The position numbers and the translations under genes are program-made. From Bacteroidia bacterium (GTDB taxonomy: Bacteria > Bacteroidota > Bacteroidia > Chitinophagales > JAUHXS01): a stretch of DNA of 64,000 nt. Under the pieces are notes generated by a model. That model made no database searches. It was not told where the DNA came from and saw only the letters and a program-made list of their open reading frames with translations. Of this stretch, positions 27,027 through 33,739 are shown one piece after another. Each line of letters starts with the position of its first letter. The stretch's first letter is position 1. The stretch lies in assembly GCA_030426955.1 (NCBI GenBank), contig JAUHXS010000001.1, positions 82,661 through 146,660 on the forward strand, in the 5' to 3' direction.

Positions 27027-27170
27027 ATGAAACAAAAAACTTTAAAAGTTAAGTTAAATGAGAAACATCTCTTGAAAATAAAGGGAGGTGGACTTGATGA
27101 AGTAGGCATATTAACGATGTTTAATGTTGTCAAGAAAAAGAAACTGAATAAGGCCTTAAGAGGATATTAA
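27027..27170 (+). CDS. small double-glycine-leader peptide, paralog 2 (47 aa)
   Basis: MKQKTLKVKLNEKHLLKIKGGGLDEVGILTMFNVVKKKKLNKALRGY. It is absent from the ORF track (under 60 aa), lies 14 nt after paralog 1, and has an LxxxxLxKIxGG leader. Confidence 0.65.
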   Translation: MKQKTLKVKLNEKHLLKIKGGGLDEVGILTMFNVVKKKKLNKALRGY

Positions 27171-27184
27171 GTGAAATAATTAAA

Positions 27185-27310
27185 ATGAATGATATGAAAA
27201 CGAATACATTAAACAAAATAAAAGCCAAACACCTTTCAAAAATAAAAGGAGGAGGGATTGAAGAAGTCGGAATCTTAACAGCTACGAGAATACCTAAAAA
27301 AAGAGGCTAA
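27185..27310 (+). CDS. small double-glycine-leader peptide, paralog 3 (41 aa)
   Basis: MNDMKTNTLNKIKAKHLSKIKGGGIEEVGILTATRIPKKRG. It is absent from the ORF track and lies 14 nt after paralog 2. An alternative start at Met4 is position 27194. Confidence 0.65.
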   Translation: MNDMKTNTLNKIKAKHLSKIKGGGIEEVGILTATRIPKKRG

Positions 27311-27334
27311 TTCTATCATTGATCATTAAATTGA

Positions 27335-27380
27335 GGGTTTCTGCTATTGATAATTTAGTAGGAGCCCTTTTTGTTTTTTT
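27335..27380 (+). terminator. rho-independent terminator after the small-peptide array
   Basis: GGGTTTCTGCTA (27335-27346) pairs with TAGTAGGAGCCC (27356-27367), a 12-bp stem including 3 G-U pairs and a 9-nt loop. It is followed by TTTTTGTTTTTTTT. Confidence 0.55.
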
Positions 27381-27425
27381 TAGACTAGAAAAGTTGGTTG
27401 AGATCAGAGTATTTGCATGAACTAA

Positions 27426-28070
27426 CTAAAACAAACCATGCAATTCTGCATTAACCTTGTTGATAATACTTCCAAGGTCTTCTGGATTGGCTTCAAAGTC
27501 TATTTTATCCACGTCAATTATCAATAAATTTCCTTCTTTGTAAGTACTAATCCAAGCCTCGTAGCGCTCATTTAGCCTTTTTAAGTAATCTAGGCGAAGG
27601 TTTTCCTCGTATTCTCTTCCTCTCTTTTGAATACGGTCTACAAGTGTTGGAATGTCACTTCTCAGGTATATTAATAAATCTGGTGCTTTAATTAGAGAGC
27701 TTACCGACTCGAATAGTTTAAGATAACTATTATAATCTCTAGTCGATAGCAAGCCCATTGCGTGTAGATTTGCTGCAAAGATGTACGCATCTTCATAAAT
27801 GGTTCTGTCTTGAACGACGGAAGTCGAGCTATCCAACACTTTTAATAAATGATTAAACCTTAGATTTAGAAAGGATACCTGGAGATTGAAAGACCATCTA
27901 GGCATATCTTCATAAAAATCATATAAATATGGATTTTCTTCAGGACTCTCGTACTGAGCTTCCCAGTTGAAGTGTTTTGCAAGTAGACCCGTAAGAGTTG
28001 TCTTACCTGCACCAATATTGCCTGCAATGGCAATGTATTTATTTTTTGAAGTGCTGTCGTTTTTTTTCAA
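27426..28070 (-). CDS. deoxynucleoside kinase
   Basis: Has the P-loop IAIAGNIGAGKTTL and a dNK-family layout (VVQDRTIYED, ...RGREYE...). Confidence 0.85.
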   Translation of the reverse strand: MKKNDSTSKNKYIAIAGNIGAGKTTLTGLLAKHFNWEAQYESPEENPYLYDFYEDMPRWSFNLQVSFLNLRFNHLLKVLDSSTSVVQDRTIYEDAYIFAANLHAMGLLSTRDYNSYLKLFESVSSLIKAPDLLIYLRSDIPTLVDRIQKRGREYEENLRLDYLKRLNERYEAWISTYKEGNLLIIDVDKIDFEANPEDLGSIINKVNAELHGLF

Positions 28071-28079
28071 AGCTGTTTA

Positions 28080-29075
28080 TTAAAGCGTTCTGATTCCAAT
28101 GGCTTGACGAACCTCAGATAGAGTTTCTCTCGCACTTGCTCTTGCTTTTTCAGTCCCTAACTTAAGGATTTTTTTTAAATTTTCTTCATCTGAAGAAATT
28201 TCTTTGATTCTTTCTTTTATCGGTGTCGTAAAGGCTATTATATCTTCAGCCAATTGTTGTTTCAATTCACCATATCTAATGGAGCAATTATTATATGCAT
28301 CCGTAAAGTGTTGAACGGTTTCCTGTTTGGAAACTATCTTTAGTATGGTAAATATATTTTGGATCGCTTCAGGCATTTCTTGATTAGATTCTGTTGGGCC
28401 GCTATCGGTGACTGCTCTCATTACTTTCTTCCTGATAGACTTTTCCTCCTCAACCAGAAAAATGGCATTCCCTTCTCCCTCAGATTTACCCATCTTACCA
28501 CTACCATCTAATCCCGGAATCTTGATCAGGTCGTCTCCATAATTATAAGCGGTAGGTTCGGGAAAGACCTCAACACCATATAAATTATTAAAACGTTTTA
28601 CGAAATCTCTAGTCATCTCCAAGTGCTGTTCTTGATCTTTGCCTACAGGCACCTTGTTTGCCTTGTGGACAATAATATCAGCGGCTTGAAGTACAGGATA
28701 GGTTAATAATCCTGCATTAATATTTTCTTTTTGTTTTCTGACTTTTTCCTTGAAGGTATTACATCGTTCTAATTCCCCTTTATATGCCATCATATTTAAG
28801 ATGAGATACAACTCTGGGATTTCTGGAATATCACTTTGTACATATATCGTACATTTCTCAGGATCCAAACCACAACCTAAATATTCAGAAAGAATGGTCT
28901 TTACGTTTTCGTGGAGGCTTCCAGGTTTTGGATGGGTTGTAAGTGAGTGATAGTCGGCAACAAAAAAGAAGCAATTGTGTTCTTCCTGCAGACGAATAAA
29001 ATTTTTGACTGCTCCAAAGTAATTTCCTAAATGTAAATTACCCGTAGGTCTTGTCCCGCTTACAATTGTTTCCAT
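28080..29075 (-). CDS. trpS: tryptophan--tRNA ligase
   Basis: Class I motifs GNLHLGNYFG (HIGH-type) and KMGKSEG (KMSKS-type), with a size of 331 aa. Confidence 0.95.
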   Translation of the reverse strand: METIVSGTRPTGNLHLGNYFGAVKNFIRLQEEHNCFFFVADYHSLTTHPKPGSLHENVKTILSEYLGCGLDPEKCTIYVQSDIPEIPELYLILNMMAYKGELERCNTFKEKVRKQKENINAGLLTYPVLQAADIIVHKANKVPVGKDQEQHLEMTRDFVKRFNNLYGVEVFPEPTAYNYGDDLIKIPGLDGSGKMGKSEGEGNAIFLVEEEKSIRKKVMRAVTDSGPTESNQEMPEAIQNIFTILKIVSKQETVQHFTDAYNNCSIRYGELKQQLAEDIIAFTTPIKERIKEISSDEENLKKILKLGTEKARASARETLSEVRQAIGIRTL

Positions 29076-29197
29076 AATGTGAAATTACAAAAAGAAAAAT
29101 GGAAAAGCCTGTGTCAAAAAAAAGAAATTATTTTTTAATTCAACCACTCTCTTTTATAGAGCTTTTTTGTTATATTCAGAGTAGAAAAATATCAACT

Positions 29198-29773
29198 ATG
29201 AACTACAATGAAGGGTTTGGCTTGCTGGGTATGATGATTTCTATGAATAGTAGTATCTTTTTTATTATTTCTATTGCTTCCAGCCTTATTATTTTTCTTT
29301 TAATTCTTTTAGCCAGAATGAATCAGTCAATAGTGCTACCTAATTATGGGGAGGAAGAAGGTACTGTCGCAAGATTGACTAAAATACTTTTAGTAGATGA
29401 TAATGCCACCGTTAGAAAGGGACTAAGATATATCTTGTCTGGTACTGAAAATATTGAAGTTGTAGATGAAGCGGAGAATGGTAAGGTGGCATTAAGGAAG
29501 ATGAAAAGTGACATTGATCTGGTGATGATGGATGTAAGAATGCCAGAGATGGATGGGGTTACCGCGACTAGGCTGGTAAAACAGCGAAATCCCAAAACAA
29601 AGGTTTTAGCACTTTCTTTATATGATGATAAAGCCAGTATTAATTCTATGATGAAGCAAGGTGCAAGTGGTTATGTGCTAAAAGGTGACAGTAAAAGTGA
29701 AATATTAAATGCCATCAATTTGCTTAGTAAAAACCGAACTTATTTTAGTAGGAACATAGCACATGCGAACTAA
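29198..29773 (+). CDS. membrane-anchored response-regulator receiver domain protein (no output domain)
   Basis: One hydrophobic helix (SSIFFIISIASSLIIFLLILLA) is followed by a REC domain: KILLVDDNATVR, DLVMMDVRMPEMDG, VLALSL, YVLKG. It ends in a NarL-type linker (NRTYFSRNIAHAN) with no HTH. The start is uncertain (29099, 29198 or 29324). Confidence 0.7.
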   Translation: MNYNEGFGLLGMMISMNSSIFFIISIASSLIIFLLILLARMNQSIVLPNYGEEEGTVARLTKILLVDDNATVRKGLRYILSGTENIEVVDEAENGKVALRKMKSDIDLVMMDVRMPEMDGVTATRLVKQRNPKTKVLALSLYDDKASINSMMKQGASGYVLKGDSKSEILNAINLLSKNRTYFSRNIAHAN

Positions 29774-29829
29774 TCAAAGTATTCGCTAAATTTTCTCCCG
29801 TAGTATATTCCGTTTATATTAATAAATAT

Positions 29830-29837
29830 TATATTTG
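29830..29837 (+). promoter_or_regulatory. candidate -7 promoter box (TATATTTG) upstream of tRNA-Gly
   Basis: Exact TAnnTTTG, 114 nt upstream of the tRNA-Gly 5' end. Confidence 0.3.
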
Positions 29838-29854
29838 CATTCCTTGTGAGAATA

Positions 29855-29891
29855 CCTGCCTGCCGGCAGGCAGGGCTCAGCTAAGCTGAGC
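29855..29891. repeat. tandem GC-rich palindromes
   Basis: CCTGCCTGCCGGCAGGCAGG (29855-29874) is a perfect 20-nt palindrome. It is followed directly by GCTCAGCTAAGCTGAGC (7-bp stem). The pair is flanked by AATACC/GGTATT and shares the CCTGCC/GGCAGG motif with the dispersed repeat family. Confidence 0.8.
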
Positions 29892-29951
29892 GGTATTTAA
29901 ATAGGTGTTTTTGCTAGGGACAAGCTAAATATTAATTTAGTTTTATCTACT

Positions 29952-30024
<73 letters not shown>

Positions 30025-30025
30025 C

Positions 30026-30051
30026 AAAAGTCTCAACTATTGAGACTTTTT
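30026..30051 (+). terminator. rho-independent terminator after tRNA-Gly
   Basis: AGTCTCA / TGAGACT 7-bp stem followed by TTTTT. Confidence 0.6.
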
Positions 30052-30094
30052 AATTTATAGGTTAGGTTAATGTCTACTTAGTCTAACTTTTGTT

Positions 30095-30178
30095 GCCCTG
30101 GTGGTGGAACTGGTAGACACGCAGGACTTAAAATCCTGTGGCCATTGCGGCCGTGCGGGTTCAAGTCCCGCCCGGGGT
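30095..30178 (+). tRNA. tRNA-Leu (anticodon TAA), type II with long variable arm
   Basis: Acceptor GCCCTGG/CCGGGGT (two G-U pairs), anticodon loop CTTAAAA, variable arm GGCCATTGCGGCCGT, T arm GCGGG-TTCAAGT-CCCGC. It is 84 nt. Confidence 0.92.
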
Positions 30179-30191
30179 ACTTCTTAAAGTA

Positions 30192-30231
30192 AATCCAAAA
30201 TGAGTCATAGTGCTTGTTTTGGATTTTTTTA
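30192..30231 (+). terminator. rho-independent terminator after tRNA-Leu
   Basis: AATCCAAAA / TTTTGGATT 9-bp stem followed by a run of T. Confidence 0.6.
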
Positions 30232-30261
30232 TTTTGTGAATAAATATTTAGTAATACTGAA

Positions 30262-30639
30262 ATGAATTTAGAAATCAATAAAAGTAATGCCATTAATTTT
30301 TATAAGATGGCGTATAATGGGAACCCCCGCGAAGCCATTAAGCAATATGTTGGGGCTGAATACATCCAGCATAACCCTGATGTTGCAAACGGACCACAGG
30401 GCTTTATTGATTACTTTGAGCGGATGAAAAAAGAATATCCAGATAAATCGATCGAATTTGTAAGATGCATTGCTGAAGGAGATATAGTTGCATTACATAC
30501 ACATCAAATATGGCCAGGCAACGATCAATATGTAACGATGGATTTCTTTAGATTTGATGAAAATGGTAAAATATGTGAACATTGGGACGCCATTCAGCAG
30601 ATACCTGAAGAGTCGGCTAATCCAAATACAATGTATTAG
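30262..30639 (+). CDS. SnoaL-like / NTF2-fold family protein
   Basis: 125 aa. The pattern ...YVGAEYIQHNP...G...F...F...I.EGD.V..H... is typical of SnoaL/NTF2-like proteins. Confidence 0.65.
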   Translation: MNLEINKSNAINFYKMAYNGNPREAIKQYVGAEYIQHNPDVANGPQGFIDYFERMKKEYPDKSIEFVRCIAEGDIVALHTHQIWPGNDQYVTMDFFRFDENGKICEHWDAIQQIPEESANPNTMY

Positions 30640-30688
30640 GTGATAAGTTGTGCCTGTTTTTGTCTTGCATATTTATTATTTTTGTTTT

Positions 30689-30976
30689 ATGCATAGAAGT
30701 GATGTAAATAATAAGATTGTTCAATATTTGAAATCTTTTAACCCTAGTAGAATAGGCATTTTTGGATCATTTGCACGTGGAGACGTCAACTCTTCAAGTG
30801 ATATTGACATCTTGGTTTCTTTTAAAGGTGGTCTAGGGCTTTTGCAGTTGGTTAGAATTGAGAGAGAGCTTTCTAACGTGCTAGGCAAAAAAGTAGACCT
30901 TGTGACTGAGCGGTCCTTGAAAAATGAAAAACTAAAGAAATATATATATAATGATCTTCAAATAATTTTTGAATGA
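30689..30976 (+). CDS. nucleotidyltransferase, MntA-type antitoxin (type VII TA)
   Basis: RIGIFGSFARGDVNSSSDIDILVSF is the GSxxRG...DxD minimal nucleotidyltransferase motif. An ATGA 4-nt overlap links it to the downstream DUF86 gene. The start is taken at the ATG at 30689 rather than the upstream GTG. Confidence 0.8.
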   Translation: MHRSDVNNKIVQYLKSFNPSRIGIFGSFARGDVNSSSDIDILVSFKGGLGLLQLVRIERELSNVLGKKVDLVTERSLKNEKLKKYIYNDLQIIFE

Positions 30977-31306
30977 AAAGAGATGATTCCATATACATAG
31001 ATCATATATTGGAATCTTTAAATAAGATTACTGAATATACGGAAGGATACACTGAGAGTAGTTTTCTTGATTCTAATAAAACACAGGATGCTGTAATTCG
31101 ACAATTGGAAATAATCGGTGAAGCCACAAAAAAGATTTCAAAAGAGTTTAAAGAAAAATATTGCGAAATACCTTGGTCAGATATGGCAGGTATGAGAGAT
31201 AAATTGATTCACGACTTATATTGATGTTGATCTTTGGATTGTTTGGCAAACGGTATCTAAAGATATTCCTGAATTGTTAACAATGATAAAGTCCGTCAAT
31301 CCCTAA
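30973..31306 (+). pseudogene. HepT/DUF86 RNase toxin, frameshifted inside the RX4HXY motif
   Basis: The ORF ends ...GMRDKLIHDLY* at 31224. The +1 frame continues from 31220 as IDVDLWIVWQTVSKDIPELLTMIKSVNP* to 31306. Deleting one T at 31216/31217 restores RDKLIHDYIDVD..., a full-length DUF86 of about 110 aa. Confidence 0.7.
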
Positions 31307-31319
31307 TATTGGTCATGCA

Positions 31320-32183
31320 TTAATCTAGTTGTTTCTGCTTCGGAATATAAGAAGCCATATAGTCAGCAACTAGGGGGAAGTTATTTCTAATTATATGGTC
31401 CATATCATTAGAATTGGAAGGCATAATTACAGTTACCACATCTCCATACAGTAGATCGGCATCTGAATTATAAATAGAAAAATGTACTTTTACTTTTCTT
31501 GTGTACTTGTTATTTGCTCTGTCTAGACATACTTCGTAATCCTTTTTGAGTTCAAATTGATTAATAAAAACAAATAAGTCGGTGCCATATTTTTCATTCA
31601 TAAATTGAAGCATCTCAGGATTCTTGATTGTCGCACTCATGTATTCTTTACTTTCGTTTTCCTCTATGTATTTTCCAGTACCTACACCGCCACTAGCTAA
31701 AATATTGCTGTTTTCATGATCATTGATATGTAATTTATCATTAATCCATTGCTCCACTTTTGTTTCTCTGCTTTTATCACTTTCTTGATGAGTATATTTT
31801 CCTTGTACTTCGTAATGATAAGGTTTGTCAAGTTTGTATGAAATTCCACCGTAAATTGCCTTTAGATCGGCAGCCATGTCGGGGTCTGCTTCATCAGTCA
31901 TAGGCAGCGTATTATACATCGATAAGATTCTTGCATTTACATTAAAGTTTAACCCTTCCTTAAACCATTTACTGATTTCATCCGAACTCTTTTTGTTATA
32001 ATCTGCTAATTCTTTGTCTGAGTCCGAAAAATAAAAGTCTTCATTAAAAGGTACGAGCATTACTTTACTGTAATTGACATACTTGTCCTTTTGAGAACCT
32101 AGAACGGATTCTTCCTGCGCAATAGAACTAGTACAAATTATTGATAAAGAAATAGCTAGGACTGACTTATTGAAACTTTTCAT
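31320..32183 (-). CDS. hypothetical secreted protein
   Basis: The internal Met gives signal peptide MKSFNKSVLAISLSIICTSSIAQ. I recognised no motifs. Confidence 0.45.
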   Translation of the reverse strand: MKSFNKSVLAISLSIICTSSIAQEESVLGSQKDKYVNYSKVMLVPFNEDFYFSDSDKELADYNKKSSDEISKWFKEGLNFNVNARILSMYNTLPMTDEADPDMAADLKAIYGGISYKLDKPYHYEVQGKYTHQESDKSRETKVEQWINDKLHINDHENSNILASGGVGTGKYIEENESKEYMSATIKNPEMLQFMNEKYGTDLFVFINQFELKKDYEVCLDRANNKYTRKVKVHFSIYNSDADLLYGDVVTVIMPSNSNDMDHIIRNNFPLVADYMASYIPKQKQLD

Positions 32184-32296
32184 ATTTGAATGATATTTGA
32201 GACAAACAATACTAATGACTTTAAGTATACTTTGCAACGGTACTTAGTGACAGTAAGCTGTATATAAGTCAAAAATGTATGTAAAATTGAACAATA

Positions 32297-32824
32297 TTAT
32301 TGATAGATGTCTAATAGACCCTTTGGAAGCTTTATGCGTAGTTCTTTTTCTTTGGGTTTGACTTCAAGGATGGTGTGTTCTGTAAGGGGAAGTAAAATCT
32401 CATTGTTTTGATATTGAAGCACAGCAACTTGGTGAGATGGTAAATCCATGATCTCACTGATGATTCCTAGTTCTCCTTTTTTCGTGTCTAAAATTTTAAA
32501 TCCGATATAATCGTCTTCAATTTGTGCCAATCTTTCATTAGTGATCACAGTTTCTTTGTTCAGGAAAATGCCTTTGCCTTTTAAGAGGGCAGCTTCTTCT
32601 TTAGAGTTTACTTCATCTAATTTGAGTAGGGCAAAGTTCTCGTAGGTTAACTCAAACGATTCTACAAAGTAGGGCAGCGGTTTTTCATTGCTTTGAATGA
32701 ATACGGATAAAACATCTTGTGGATTTCCAATAGTGACACCATCTTCAAGAGTTATCTTGAACTGACCTTTAAAGCCATGAGGCTTTCCGATATAGCCAAC
32801 TTTGACTAGATCGTTAGTTACCAT
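32297..32824 (-). CDS. rimM: 16S rRNA processing protein RimM
   Basis: 175 aa. It has a RimM N-terminal domain (VKVGYIGKPHGFKGQFK) plus a PRC-barrel-like C-terminus, and sits directly downstream of rpsP as in most bacteria. Confidence 0.9.
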   Translation of the reverse strand: MVTNDLVKVGYIGKPHGFKGQFKITLEDGVTIGNPQDVLSVFIQSNEKPLPYFVESFELTYENFALLKLDEVNSKEEAALLKGKGIFLNKETVITNERLAQIEDDYIGFKILDTKKGELGIISEIMDLPSHQVAVLQYQNNEILLPLTEHTILEVKPKEKELRIKLPKGLLDIYQ

Positions 32825-32838
32825 GTTTAATGAAGTAG

Positions 32839-33573
32839 TTATTTTTCTTTGGAGGCTTCTTCCTCCTTAACTTCTGCTTTGGGAGTCTCTTCTTTTTCAG
32901 CTTTGGTTTCTTCTTTCGCTTCTACTGGCGCTTCTTCTTTCTTGTTGTCTTCGGGCTTTTCCTCGGCTTTCGGAGTTCCTTCTTTAGCTGCTTCAGCAGG
33001 CTTTTCTTCAGCTTTTGGTTCTTCCTTTACCTCTTCAGCAGGAGCCTCTTCTTTAGCTTCAGGCTGTGCAGGAGCTTCTGCATCTGTAGGTGTCTCAGTA
33101 CTTGCTTCGGCGGCTGGTGCTTCCTCAGGAGCATTTGCCGCTTCTTCTTCTTTTAGCTTTGCTGCCAACTCGTCTGCTTTTTTCTTTGCCGCTTCTTCTT
33201 TCTTTTTCTTTTTAGCTTCTACTTGTTTTGCTGTTCTTGATTCTTTGTCTTTTAACCAAGCCTCAACCAGTTTGTCAACTTCTTCTTCTTTGACGGCACC
33301 TTTTGCAACACCTCTCAATAAGTGTTTTTTGTACAATGCGCCTTTAAATGATAAAATTGCTCTAACCGTTTCTGTTGGCTGGGCTCCTTTTTGTAACCAC
33401 TCAACTGACTTGTCAATATCAACATCTATTTGAGCAGGTACGGTTGTTGGATTGTAAACACCTAGCTTTTCAATATATTTTCCATCTCTTGGAGATCTAA
33501 TGTCTGCAACAACTATCTTGTAAAAAGGTCTTGCTTTACGACCGTGTCTTTGTAATCTTATTCTTGTAGCCAT
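32839..33573 (-). CDS. rpsP: 30S ribosomal protein S16 with a long acidic low-complexity C-terminal extension
   Basis: The N-terminus [42 protein letters not shown] is canonical S16. Residues from about 100 to 244 are K/E/A/P-rich. Confidence 0.92.
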   Translation of the reverse strand: MATRIRLQRHGRKARPFYKIVVADIRSPRDGKYIEKLGVYNPTTVPAQIDVDIDKSVEWLQKGAQPTETVRAILSFKGALYKKHLLRGVAKGAVKEEEVDKLVEAWLKDKESRTAKQVEAKKKKKEEAAKKKADELAAKLKEEEAANAPEEAPAAEASTETPTDAEAPAQPEAKEEAPAEEVKEEPKAEEKPAEAAKEGTPKAEEKPEDNKKEEAPVEAKEETKAEKEETPKAEVKEEEASKEK

Positions 33574-33624
33574 GTTTTTTTAGGTTTGTGGGCAATTAAT
33601 ACCCGTTAACGAAATTTTGGACTG

Positions 33625-33632
33625 CAAATATA
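33625..33632 (-). promoter_or_regulatory. candidate -7 promoter box (TATATTTG) for rpsP-rimM
   Basis: Exact TAnnTTTG on the minus strand, 51 nt upstream of the rpsP ATG. Confidence 0.4.
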
Positions 33633-33739
33633 GATGTTTTTAAAATAAATACAACACATTGAACCAAAAATGGCATGATTTTTGTTCCTTTTTTAGGATA
33701 TAAGTCATAAATTCAACCCAATTAACCCAAGATAAAGAT

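Noticed and set aside
30078-30293. 71-aa minus-strand ORF
   Set aside because: It lies antisense across tRNA-Leu(UAA) and its terminator. The tRNA cloverleaf is unambiguous.
32849-33433. 194-aa plus-strand Ser/Ala-rich ORF
   Set aside because: It is the antisense reading of the low-complexity K/E/A/P tail of S16. An open frame there is a compositional artefact.
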